Origin: Rhodosorus marinus CCMP1338
Taxonomy: Eukaryota; Plantae; Rhodophyta
DNA: 64,000 bases
Reading direction: 5' to 3'
Assembly: GCA_029953675.1 (NCBI GenBank)
Contig: JAMWBK010000007.1
Coordinates: forward strand, 1,736,001 to 1,800,000
Shown here: one piece after another, positions 11,107-23,724 of the stretch
How the letters are laid out: each line of letters opens with the position of its first letter
Position numbering within the stretch: position 1 is the first letter of the stretch
Notes under the pieces: generated by a model
Database searches by the model: none
Told to the model about the DNA's origin: nothing
Seen by the model: only the letters and a program-made list of their open reading frames with translations
Program-made: the position numbers and the translations under genes

Positions 11107-13275
11107 CACATTGCGATTGTGACTCTGTAACGTCTCGTGAAGCAGGTTCATCTCTGCAATGAATTTCAGTTCAATAATTCCTTCTCAACAGGAGCATTCA
11201 ATTTTTCTTCATCATACGAATGAACTTTAAGACATTGTATCAAATAAAGCATATAACTTGTCGGACTCTGTTTCATGAATATCTGAAATAAATTTGATAC
11301 CCCGAAAAAGACTAAACGTTGAATTTGGAAGAGGAACGAACTCCCGAGTCGGTGGCTTGGTCGTTCGCAGCTGTTGATCTAGCAAATGTGCACGTCGTCA
11401 ACCGGAGGGTTCATAGTCATTCACAAGGTTTGGTTCTGCAGCCAGCCCCGGAAATCCACCGACATATAGGCCTATAACTCCGGGAAAACCCAAGATTCAC
11501 CCCTAACAGCTTGAACTTCTCGTTCGGCGCAGCGAAATGAGTTGGTGTCATCAAGGACGTCGTAGCGGAATGTTTGCCGGAGTGGAAGATTTTGGAAGAA
11601 TATCGCGTTGCCGAACGAGAGTACCTCACTAGGGGAGCTTGGCCTCCGATTAAACCGATCTGTCGTTAGTTCGCAGGGATAGGGAGGTAGTACTCTATGC
11701 TATTCTAGCAAGCATCCGAAACGCCGAGTGACTCCCTAGCCCGAATACACCCTGACCACAGGGTCAAGTCGCCTGGGTGTAATGTCTGGTGCGAGATCTG
11801 ACACCATGCGGGGTTCGCTGTGGTGGAGGGACCCACTTGCCCAAGATATTCTTTGAAGCTACTTCCACGACTCATACCGATATGGTAGGTTCAAATGCGT
11901 GATCGGCGACCAGCGATCGCTCTGTACATACGCCAAAGACATCGTTCCCCCGAAGTTTCATTTCCAATGCCACTACTTAACCTTGTACATCGCGTACATT
12001 TTATAGAAGGTCACCCCCACCACGAAACCGTTCTAAATTTATTTCTAAAATCTCGCAAAAATTCCCAAACAATCTGTTTCCAAAAACCAATTAAGAATAC
12101 TATTCCAACCCCTCTCTACTAAAATTAACGAAAACAGAAACACTTATATTATATTGAAATATTTTATCGAAGTACTCATCAAGGAAAAGGAGACTAAATT
12201 TAATTACAATGTATTATACACGAATAAGGGAAGTCGCAACTTTGAGATATTATTTGATTTTTCAAAATAAATATAAGCAAATACTCCTTATCGTTTTTTA
12301 CAAATTTTGATGAGGAGAGTATCCGATAAAGTGGAGATTGACGGAATACTTCCTTCGCCAATAATTTTTTTTTCAGATTGATTGTTTTGGATCGCGTGAT
12401 ACGTCAAGCCCTGAGGTGTGATGATGGTGGCGGATTATGGTTTTAATTAGTTGAAAAGCGCACAGCCTGTCCCTTTCTTGGTTGGTTCCGTTGTTGTCAG
12501 TTTAGGTTACGATTCGTTTACTCTGGTCAAACAGACTGGGAATGAGAGTGTGATCAAGGTTAAGAATAGATAGAGAGATCTTCTTCGTTTTGCAATTAGT
12601 ATTGTCTCACTCGAATTTTTCCGGACCGTTTGGGTGGGTGGGGGTGAGTAGAGGCCGCCCCGCCGAATGGTTTTGAGACCCTTTCCCCGTCACCCCGCGC
12701 CAGGCCCCTGGACGACTCGAGAGCTTGAGCGTTGTTGGTTTTTTTGAGCTCCAGAGACATGGAATCAAGAGAAAAGCTCTCTTTGAGTCAGAGAGCGCAT
12801 TTCGATTCGTTTGGTGAGGTCATTGAATCGAAATAGCCCATCTGTCCAACACACCCATCTCTGGTCGTGATTCCAGTTTTCGAGTTTTAATAGAGTCATG
12901 AAGTAGATGAAGAAAAGGAAAGGGTTTCAAGATGTTTCAACGCAGCGAACGGTATTGTAAACAAATCAGCTGATTCTTGTCTGTATACAATTGATTTGGG
13001 CCCTGCTAGCCTGTGAATATATGCCCTCCAAGTCGTTCCGTATTTCGAAGATCTCGACACTGCGGTTCGGCGTCTCCGTGGAGAACCGTAAATTGGGTTG
13101 TTAGGGATAGCGTCACCAGAGGGCAGTGATCCAGATGGAACTGGATGGTATTTCTTCTGGAGGGAAGTAGGTTATAAACTGAGTGCCTGAGCCTTGTTCC
13201 TAGAGCGCAGGGGAGAACGAGAAGCAGGATTGAACCGCTTTGAAGCAGTGGACAGTGCATTGTTAAGAATTAGCT

Positions 13276-15133
13276 ATGGACGAGGTTGTGAAGGCAGCTG
13301 CGGGAGTATCTGGTACAGAAACGGCCCGGTTTAAGGTGTTAAACGACAAGGAGCCAAGGACTACTGGAGAATATGTGCTGTGGTGGCCTACGGAGTGCCC
13401 TAGAGTTCAGTGGAATGACACCTACGAATTGGCAAAGTCGATTGCGGTGCAAGCGGATCTGCCCATAATCTGCCTCTACGCGATCGACCTTGCGTTCTAC
13501 TCTATGGGGTCGATACGCCACATCAACTTCCTCCTGGAAGGCCTGGTGGAGCTGAAAAAGTCGGTCGAGTCCTCGAACCAGTCGAGGCTATTCCTGCGTT
13601 TCGAGCCTGTAGGCTCGGGAGCTGCGCTGAGCGTCGTCGGGTCTGAGGACCTTTCCTTTAGTGGATTCGGCGAAAAGGCCTATGCGGTCGTCACTGACGC
13701 CGTTTACATGCCGCGCTCTTCAAAAATCCTCGCTTCAGCAGCCGAAAATCTAGGTATCGATCCCTTCTAGATCCAGTATTTTCTCCTCAATTCACGAGTT
13801 CCAGGACTGATTCGTTCCTTGTTTCTAATTCAACACAGACTGTCCGCTAGTTTCCGTGGAGAGCTCTGTGGTCATTCCGATTAGAAAAATCACCACAGAT
13901 GGTCAAGTTCCAGATCAGAGCGCTTTTCTCGAAAGTTGGATGGATATTTGCACAGATTTTGTGAAGCCTAGAAAGTCCGTGAAACTAACGAGGAGGTAAA
14001 CCATGGGAAATAAATCTGTTGCTTCTCGTTTCGTTGCAGCTGCTAAACCGGAAAGTGCCCTTCCTCCTCTCGAAATGAACCGTTAACCCAGTGTTCCGTC
14101 GTCGATGGAGAAGCTGGATTGCGGTTGTGTCTTTGGATCTAGGGACAGGGAATGGTATCCTGGAGATTGGCTTCAGGAATCGGATAGGCTTAAGGAGGTT
14201 CTCAACGAGAATGGTGTCGATTCTGAAGTTTCCGCTGTCACCAGCGCGTACAGAGGTGGTGAATCTGGTGGTCGAAAGCTGCTAGGCATCTTCGTTACGA
14301 GGAAGCTGGACGCGTATGGCTACGCTTCAGAGAATTATGGCGAAACGAAGCGAGGAGAGTATGGATCTCTTTTATCGCCGTATCTCAACTTTGGATTCAT
14401 GTCTCCAAGCGAAGTGATCTCGAGATCGATGGAGTCTGGTGCAAAAGGACACAGTCTTGATACTTTCCTCGAGAAGCTCGCGCTTCGTGACTTTGCCTAT
14501 GTTCGAAGCGCCCTGGAACCGAACTACGGATCATACGAGGCAATCAAGGAGTCGGAAAGGGACGCGATCGAGCAGATCAAGGCCAAGGACGAAGACAGAA
14601 CTTACCCTGACGAGGAGTGGGCGCATGCACAGACTCATGACAACGTATGGAACGGAATACAGCGGGAGCTACTGCTGAGGGGAAGGAATATATTGAACGA
14701 CAGAAACATATGGTGTTACAAGATCATTGACATAGAAAAGTCTTCCAGAAATGCCTTTAGGTTGGCCAGAAAGTTGAACGACAAATATATGCTCGATGCC
14801 ATAGGGCCAGTCGGCATCTTCGCTCTGGTAGGCCTGTCCGCTCCTAGCCATCAACCAGGGTCCGAAACGCTTGTTGCTGAGAAAACTATTCTCTTGTTTG
14901 TTTCTAATGGATCTCACCCACTCCAGCTGGGGTGCTTTGAATCGTACGCAGGCTATCGCATGAGTATCGTAGGAGGAGGGGAGGGGTAACTTCTGCACCT
15001 GTCGAGGCCTTGGTTACCTATACGAAGCACGCTCTCGGCTCTCTGACTCTGTCCATCCCAGCTCAGTTTCTATTCTGCGACGGTGGTACCCGAAATTTTT
15101 GATCTGGTCGAGCGTAAAGCAGAGTACTTCTGA
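13276..15133 (+). CDS. Highly divergent class II CPD-photolyase homologue; exons 13276-13753, 13839-13995, 14092-14827, 14927-14985, 15067-15133; ~498 aa
   Basis: N-terminal YVLWW..PRVQWN..INFLLEGLVEL; C-terminal LSPYLNFG, THDNVWNGIQRELL, RNIWCYKI and LNDKYMLD align colinearly with class II photolyases. Confidence 0.8.
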
Positions 15134-15884
15134 TTTTGCTAGAACCAGCAGCTCAAGTCCGATGAGCTTCTTGTAGAGGGATTGGTGAGCTTCTTTCTTA
15201 TTTATCTCTGATCCCGTTTGAAATTCGACGTAATCGTCACGGCATAGATCCGCGATGAAGTGTAGCTGGCCGGACGAGAGCTCGAGCGCTGAACTCTATC
15301 CAGTAGAGCTTGCTTGGTACATGGACAGGGAGCTTGTAGGTGAAGCTGATGCTCTCTTTTGAGATGTACTGCCAGTGAACTCGACGGCTTAGCTATCCTA
15401 ATGTCACAGGTGTTGCCGAATGACAGATCTAGGCCTAGGCTCGTTGACCTGGCTCCCCTCTCATGAGATGGTGAAAGGTCTGCATTGACTGAGTGGAGCA
15501 GCTTTGAGTTTTTTCAATGTTTATGAGGTTAACTAAAATCAAGTTTCATGGTAGTTAATCGTCGATCGCGAATCAGGGGCTGCACCCTCAAGATAGGAAA
15601 AGCCATTGACAGACTCTCCATTAGCTGGATTAGCGTTTTGGTTCCCTAGATGCCGTGCCAGATCCTATTCCACTTGTCCAAGAGTGAGTTATGTTCTAGG
15701 TGGGACCTGTTGGGCCTGGAGAGGGCATCAAGTCGATTTCGAGGTGCGTACTTAGGTTTCGTGGTATTCCGAAAACTGCATTTGGCGTACGGGGTTTGAA
15801 TCACTGTGAATAGTCGTGTGTTGCTGACGATCCCTGAAAACAGCTCGTGATGAGAAGAGCTGATGCTTTGGAGGGAGGTTGAGC

Positions 15885-16671
15885 ATGGAATGGGACGCTC
15901 CGATAACGGTCTGGGAGGAACATTTGAAGGCGTATTCGCACGCGATTAAGGTGAGGGGTGAGAGCACTGCGTCGAGATCTGAGCTTTCCAAGTTGGACCA
16001 TGAGGTGAGAAATTTTGGAGATGCTGCGAGGAGACGAGATCCAGAATCGATCACCAGGATCGAGCTGTCGAAGATCGTCTCTTGGAAGTTGAAGAGGGGA
16101 AAATTTAGGCCGAGGTTACAGAAGCTCGCGGACTCGAATACGGAAAAGGCGGTTACGGACACCTCATCCAGGGCGTTCAGCTATGTGAAAAAGGGGGACC
16201 TGACGAAGGCGCTGAAGGCCTTGGAAGAACTCTCCGGTATAGGTCCAGCGACAGCATCCGCGGTTTTATCAATTGTTTGCCCATCCCGGTGCGCGTTCAT
16301 GTCCGATGAAGCCCTGGCTGCAGCCCCCGCCCTCAATGGACGAGTTGACTACACGAACAAAGCCTTCAAGCTGTTTCAAGAAGACATGATTAGCAAGTCC
16401 AGGCAGCTGGAGGAGTTGAGTCCCCACAAACAGGTAGGAATTTTGCTAAAATCTAACCATCTAATCCCTCCGCGCGGGACATCGCTTGCCTGCAAGCGGG
16501 GGGGTAACGTGCTTGGGCTGGGGGACTCAACCATATGGAAACTTGTTTTTAACTTAGAAATGGACACCAGTTATGGTTGAGAATGCGATATGGTCCTCTA
16601 TCACTCGAAAGCAGCTCGACAACACGGAAAATCTGGGCTCAAAACCGAAACGAAGGAAGGTAGGAAAATAG
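15885..16671 (+). CDS. Amun-like helix-hairpin-helix DNA-glycosylase-fold protein; exons 15885-16433, 16558-16671; 220 aa
   Basis: ELSKIVSWKLKRGKFRPRLQKL, HhH motif LSGIGPATASAVLS, FMSDEA, WTPVMVENAIW, and a basic NLS-like tail KPKRRK. Confidence 0.72.
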
Positions 16672-16704
16672 ACTATTCTGCCGCAGAATGATGCAACAGC
16701 AACT

Positions 16705-17246
16705 CTACTTTGTGTGGGAGACCTTGGGAAGGTCGAAATGTTCAGGCTCTGCCGCAAGCTTCTTGTTAAATCCCTGTGTATGATTAAACAACAGACGATT
16801 CGTTTGGTTTTCTTCAGAACCAAGTGCATACGCAACACTAACGATCAACCCTCTTATCCAGCAAGGGCTTTGGAATTTACAAGTCACCTCTACTTGATCT
16901 CGATAAGTCATTTTCGCAGCCTTTTCAATCCTAGCTCGTTCCCTCTCCTCTTGAACCCTCGCAAACCTCTTTTCAGCTTCGGTTCGTGTGTCTCTCGTCG
17001 TTTCCAAGCTCGACACAATCGCAGGCTCCTCCTCTGCAAGCCTAAGCAAACCGAAACCACAGACGTCGAGTCAGACCCCCCCTCACAAAACACAACAAGA
17101 CCCCACACACTCCAAAAAAACCAAAAATCCACTTGGCTCACTTACTTCTCCACCTTGGAGCTCTTCTTCTTTCCCTTAGACTTCTTCTTCTTCTTCACCC
17201 CCTTCAACTTCAGAGCCCCCCGCTGAACGCTTTCATACTCAGACAT
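16705..17246 (-). CDS. FAM32A: FAM32A (DUF1754) family protein; exons 17246-17146, 17041-16888, 16773-16705; 107 aa
   Basis: MSEYESVQRGALKLKG at the N-terminus and RTEAEKRF..EHFDLPKVSHTK at the C-terminus. Confidence 0.88.
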
Positions 17247-17431
17247 CCTCTTTCTCCCTTTTCCAAATCAACAACAGCTTTCCCAACCAAACGCTAACGC
17301 TAAGCAAACTAGTCCTCCCTCAACTTCAAACTCTACCAACCCAACCCGTCGTCCCCTCTAGAAACTGCTTTGTTCCCTTCAAAGCACTAGCACTCTAACC
17401 CAATCAAACAATCCCCCCCATCTCACCCCTC

Positions 17432-17475
17432 CAAAACCATCCCAAAACCATCCCAAAACCACCCCAAAACCACCC
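17432..17475. repeat. 11-bp tandem repeat CAAAACCAYCC x4
   Basis: caaaaccatcc caaaaccatcc caaaaccaccc caaaaccaccc. Confidence 0.9.
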
Positions 17476-18338
17476 CCCCGAAGAAACACCATTTTCCCTC
17501 TTCAAAAACGGAGAAAAAACAACAACAAAAACACCACTATCCCCAGGTCCATTAATATCGCACTACTTTGTGACTATTCCGGTATAATATTGTATTTTAT
17601 TTTCAATTTTATTTAAACGTTGCTTAACAGCATATCCTCTGTTTGCAACTTTTATTTGTGTTCTTTTATGATTGCACTTTTCAAAAATATTGTAGACTAC
17701 TAACCATGTTTTAAACTTATTTATTTATAAAATATCTACTATGCTATAAAAATTGAGCCCAGATAGTGATGTATTAGAAATATTTAAAAAAACAGAAGCA
17801 TCATCGTGGACCAAAATATAATAATATTTAACAAACAACATGTACAAATCTAGTACGAAGAGCAAGAAGATTTTAGTACAACGATAGTAATCAATTATTT
17901 GTTTTGTTGTAAACATATGGTTATATACTGATGTACTAAAGACGTACTAGATTGATAGTACAATGTGTTTTTGTACTATTCTATTTACGAATGTGAAAGG
18001 GTGGAGGAATGGGAAGGATTGATAAGTGCGGAGGGGTTACGAGGAGGAGGATGGAGAGGGATGGATGGGGGAAGGAGGACGAAGGAGGACGAAGGAGATG
18101 GATCTTTGGCTTCTTTTCGTATTTTAAGGGTTTTCTGGAGTTTTTGGAGCGACGTAGTGTTTTTTGAAAGGAGTTTCTTGGGGACCGGTTTTGATTAAGA
18201 GACTAGTTGTTTTGCGGATCTGGGTGGGAGCTGGTAGGGACGAGGAGGATGTAGAGAGGAAAAGGCACTGGGTTTTTTTTTGTTTCTCTGGTTTTTATTT
18301 GGTACCCATGGTTTAGTTGGAGATTTCGGTTTGAGGGG

Positions 18339-20048
18339 ATGATTCGAGTTGCTGTGGGAGGTTCTGGAGGACGTTGGACCGCGCTGAGATCAGGAACACT
18401 GAATCAGAGGCGAGGTCTGAGCCAAGGAAGGATACGGTTTGCGTCCTTGGGCAGAGCGTCCGGGGAAATACGTCGGTTTACTCCTTATCTTTCTGGAACG
18501 GCCGCTAGGGTTGTGTTTGGGACAGTTGGACTGCATTTCTGTCTGTCTTTCCTGGATCAGTCGTCGGTTACGTATTGTGAAGCCGAGAAGGAACCACTCG
18601 GATCTGATGAGGAATGGAATCGACTGCATGATATGCTCGAGGATGTGCGAAAGAGTACGAACGGTACATTTGAGGCCACGACGGTGAGAAGTGAGGACTC
18701 TGCTCTGGTGAGATTCAAGGTGCAGGATCATGTGGACCTGTTCGAGCTACTGGTCTGCGTGCTCAGCTCTCTCGATGAGAACGAGCTCCGCGCGGTGAAC
18801 TTGGATGGGGGTGAGGGCGCTAAAAATCTTTCCATTCATGCAGACGACGGATTGAGTTCTTCTTCGGTCCGCGTTTGGTCCGATAACGTACATATTTCGC
18901 TCTTCCAGCCCCAGGTGGGACCTTTTCATGCGGAACTCACCTTCGAGAGGTTTAACCAGTTCTTCACCCCGCAGGAGATGGACGGGATTGTGGAGGCCTA
19001 TCAACTGTCCCAGTTGGGACAGAATACCTCTGGGACAGACGGTTACGGAGCGTCCACGCGGAAGCCAGAGCGCAGTATGGAGGGACCGAAAAGTGCGCAG
19101 GAGTTTGCAAGAGTCGAGCGCGAGCTGGCCGAGTTCGGAGCATCTGTACATCAAACTGATCGAAAGCTCCAGTGGAGTGATCTCGCAGGTTACGATGAGA
19201 TCAAGCGGCTGATAGACGATACGCTGATCTATGCGTTAACATACCCTGAGGTCTATGATAGAATCACGAAGGCGACCCGAGAGAGGTTCCAGACTAGCCG
19301 TCCAAGGGCGGTGCTGTTCGAAGGGCCACCAGGCTGTGGTAAAACCACAAGCGCGAAGATTTTGGCATCCCAGGCTGGCGTTCCGTTTGTACATATTCCT
19401 GTCGAAGGCGTCATGAGCAGATGGTATGGAGAGTCTGAGCGAAACCTATCGAAAATGCTCTCGACGACCAGTGAAATGGGCCCCGCGTTGGTGTTTGTGG
19501 ATGAGGTTGATGCGTTGGGAACCTCGCGAGACAAGGAGATACACGAAGCGTCAAGGAAGATGCTCTCTGTTCTTCTGAGGCACATCGATGGTATGGACGG
19601 ACAGCAGTCTTCCATACTCGTCGCGGCAACAAACCGTAAATCGGATCTAGATGCGGCGCTGCTGTCCCGCTTTGATATAGTTATCCGGTAGGTTGCAAAG
19701 CTACCGCTGCAGCTGCGGCTCGTCTGTTGATAGACAGGACTGTGTCGCTGACTCATTTTCCGCTGTCTGTTTTTCTATCTGCCTAGGTTCGATCTCCCAG
19801 ACGAGAGTACTCGAAGAGCAATGTTTGCACTCTATGCAAAGCAATTGGATGAGGAGGAGCTGTCGATGCTCGCCGTGCGGTCAGAAAAGTTGTCGGGGCG
19901 CGATGTGTTGGACATCTGCAAAGAAGCCGAAAGGGCCTGCGCCGGACGATGCATCAGGGAGAACAGGACAGACACATTGGATCTCCCCGTCGCGAACGAC
20001 TATCTCCAAGCTCTTGAACAGTTTTCAAAGTCTGCAGAGTACGCCTAG
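18339..20048 (+). CDS. Single-AAA-domain ATPase with probable mitochondrial presequence; exons 18339-19687, 19787-20048; 536 aa
   Basis: Walker A GPPGCGKT, Walker B VFVDEVD, SRH ATNRKSDLDAALLSRFD; Arg/Gly/Ser-rich N-terminus. Confidence 0.88.
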
Positions 20049-21157
20049 CAAGCGTGGTGCCCCTGACGAACCACCCTGAAACGAACTATGACCCACCGGT
20101 TGCGAACAGTTACTCACACGATGCTGCTGCATCAAATGGATTCCACATGATGAAAACCGTACCTGTGCTAAGCAATAGAGCCGGACTCCAGGGCCATCCT
20201 CGAGAGAAAGCGCGTGCCGGCGTTTGGCGTAGAACCGGGGCAGCTGAACAGGCTCGATAGAAAGGGCGACGAGTTTGTAAATATCCACATCGATTATAGT
20301 TTGCTTGGCACTGGCTATCCTCGTGGGAACCATCTTCTTTCGCAGAAGTACCAACCCTAGCCGGCTGGTTCCTTAGTTTTGGTGAGCTGGAGTTGAGGAG
20401 AGCTAAATGGAGGATGCAGCCCTTGGTCGTCGACCCTAGCTACGTGCCGGACCTTGTCTATATATTTTGTTTTCTTGTCGACACGGGCTTTTATAGCTGC
20501 TTTCATGTCTGTCGGATTCGGACAGGATGCGGAAGGAAACTTAACTCTAGAAAAGCGAAATCGTTTGTCACAACTTTGCGACTTTTGGCTTAACCGTGCG
20601 GGATATATGGAGAGCTTTGACCTCCACAAAGCTGGGCCACCGCGCCCCTTATGCTCGCTTCGGTCTGAAGCACATGCCTCATAAGAATCAACGACTACCA
20701 AAATGCAGTACTTGAATTGTAATCTTCGCGATCTATTTGGCAGTCGTGTCGTGGCCATCGCCTCACAGCACGCTTACAGGAGAGGAATTGACCGCGTCCC
20801 TCCACTGTGCAAGCTCTACCCGGAGCTCAGAAGACTGTGGCCCACCCTTGAAACAGACGCGCACCAGTCCAAGTCTCGCGCTATGTCAAAATCTCAGCAT
20901 TTCACATCCGTGTTGTGTTCCAATTGAACTTCCTTCCTTCCTCGTCCGTTCACCATGTCCTTCGATGCACTTTGAAACGCATCGCTCTTGATCTTGGGTG
21001 AAGGAAGCTTCCACCTTTCTCATGCACCATAACTTCTCCGCTGGCATAACAGACTCCGGTCATCATGGGAAGCAAGACTACGAGTCCAGTAGAATCCGAG
21101 TCTTTGGCAGGGGGTTACCATGGGCTCCGGATTCCTCGTGGCAGGCCAACGCTAGTT

Positions 21158-22708
21158 TCAAAATTGTTCCTTACAGCTCCAGTATTTCCAAGTCTTGTCG
21201 TAGCAAGCGGTGACAATATGCTCAGCGCTACCGCCGATATCTCCGCAAGTTACCTGTAGGGGCAGGGCCAGGGCAGGTCAGGTCAAAATAGGAAATGTTT
21301 AGAAGCCAAGCATTGCGGGAGCAAACTCCAGACGACCTCGGGAAACAAGCCTTACCTTTTCTTCATGGTTTGACAAAACACCAACTAGGACGTAACCCCT
21401 TCTGCTCCAGACCTTTGCGGTTTTGTCAAAAGAAGTGGAGAGGAGAACGTGACCGCTTCCGGGTTGATATTTCACGGACGTTACGCAGGAGGAATGCGCG
21501 GCGATTGTATAGAAGCAGCGCCGTTTTCTCAAGTCCCAAATTTTGATCGAGTTGTCGTTGGATCCAGTGGCAAGTTGGTACCCGTCAGGAGAGAAATCTG
21601 CGCCCAGAACGCTATCAACATGACCAGTGAATGTCATGATACACCTTCCTGATCGATTGTCCCAAACTCTTACGGCTCGGTCCAGTCCACATGATGCAGT
21701 TAGCGAGCCGTCTTGATGAAAGGCGATCCGATAGATGGGTTTGGAGTGTCCCTCCTGAAGAAGAAGGCAGGTACCGGTTTCAAGGTCGTACAGTCGCCAT
21801 GTCGTGTCGAAGCTGGAAGATCCAAGGAGCTCTCCGTTTGGGTGAAAGGCAACTCCTGAAACGCGATCGGCGTGGTCGCGGTAGACGGCAGTGATACGGT
21901 CCTTCTCCTCCCTTTTTGTGTCCCACAGATGAACAGTTTTATCCGCAGAACAGCTCGCGATGACGTCCGGTTTGGACGGATGGAAAGCGAGATGCGAGAC
22001 GCGCTCTGTGTGTCCCTTCAGAACGAGCGGAAGGGCGCCCGAGTTGGCGTCCCAGAGCTTGACGAGACCTGACCAAGAGCCAGTAGCGATGGTTGATGGA
22101 TCCTGCGCTCCAGAGGAGAACGCGCAAGCGGCGAGTGGTCGGGAATCTCCGATCTGGGACGATACAAGCGCAACGTTTTGCATTGATGCGTAGATTTCGT
22201 TGCCTTCCTCTCGGAATTCGACGCTTCGGAGCCGCTTTCGAGATTCTACAAGTCTGTCCCTTGAGTTGTGAAGGGATTTCTTCAGGATCTTAAGGCGCGC
22301 CTGTTTCAGCTCCTCCAGGCCCTCAGTGAAGAACTCCTCCGGCGCTGGCTCGTTCTTGTTTTCCTCCTCCTTCGCGTCCTTCTGCTCATCGGAGGGTTTG
22401 TTCTCCTTTTCCTCCAAAACCAGGGCTCGAAGACGTTCTCTTCGATCGTGCGCATCTTCTCCGAATAGACAAACTGGCTCTCCACGGTTCCTCAGCTCCG
22501 ATCGAACGTCGGTATCGGCAGTCGGCAAAACAAGCGCACGAGCTTCTCTCTGTTTGTCCAACACTCCCTCTCGATGTTCCTGCTCTTTCCTGGCATCCTC
22601 AGCCGCGTTATCAAAAAACACGCTCTCAACCTGTCCATTTTCGCCTACCCCATTCTCCTCACCAGATTCAGATCCAGAACCCTCCTCCATTTTTGTAACA
22701 GCTGCCAT
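21158..22708 (-). CDS. PRP4: U4/U6 snRNP protein Prp4 (SFM domain + WD40); exons 22708-21356, 21253-21158; 482 aa
   Basis: PRP4/SFM motif DVRSELRNRGEPVCLFGEDAHDRRERLR followed by seven WD40 repeats. Confidence 0.93.
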
Positions 22709-23724
22709 TCTAAGCAATCCAAAATCGTTCTAAAAGCAACCAAAAATTCCCAACTGTTCACCTCGAAACAATCAATTCCAGTCCTTCAAGCTCCATCATC
22801 CTCTTCACACAAGCAAAAAACCGCTCTCTAAATCCACCACGACGATCCAGTCCGTTCCCAAAACTCCTCTCTTGACCAAAGCCACCTGCATAACCCAGAA
22901 GAGGATGCTCGTTCCTATCGATAGTCTATATAAACCAGCTCCTTCCTTCTCACGCCCGCCCCGCTTGCTATCAAGCCGATGCCGCCTTGTCCTTAGCAGC
23001 GCATCGACAAAGCTGCTGATTGTTGAATAACTTGTTGTTGAACACTGCTGTACTTCCAATCGCTTGGTACGTAACAAGGTCTTGAACGACGAAAAGTTCC
23101 TTCCGTTCGATGTGCTTAGTTCTCTTATGTAGCCGATGTCCTTGTAATATGGATCCTGCCGCTTTGCTCGTCAACGAATAGTCTGGCAATATTCCCAATA
23201 GGTTGAATGATCTCCTCCAGTAGATGCTTTAGCCAGATTATTCGTTGAACATTCTTTTCGTTCAAGATCTTGTGGAAGTACAAGAAGTCACTGATCCGTC
23301 TTCTAAAACCAAACCTCAGCCTCTGACTGACGATCATCGACGTGACCCAATCCAGAAGGCCTCCTCATCGATGACCGGAACCTGCAATTCCCACAAAGCG
23401 ATCTCAGGGGTTTCAAAGGACTAGAAGAAGGTAAAGTTGTACCCAAAGTCTATGCACAATGTTTTGAAACCTTCTTCTACAAGCTCCAGGTTTCAACTCT
23501 ATCGCTAAGCGTAAACAAGGCGATCACTGGATCCCTCCCCTCCCCCCCCGTCCCTGAAAAGAGTGAAACGATAGGAAGGTCTCACTCAGTGATGTCTGGA
23601 ACCGGCTTCCAGAGCCTGGTCAAAGTTTCAAGAGGAAGACAGGAGTGTGAAAAGCACTCGACAAAAAGAGACGAACAAACTGGAAGTTCGGATCCTCTCC
23701 ACTCGTAGAGGACGACAAAGCCGA

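Noticed and set aside
20050-21150. Short ORFs between the AAA ATPase and PRP4 3' ends
   Set aside because: No consistent frame, motif or splice model; probably convergent UTRs.
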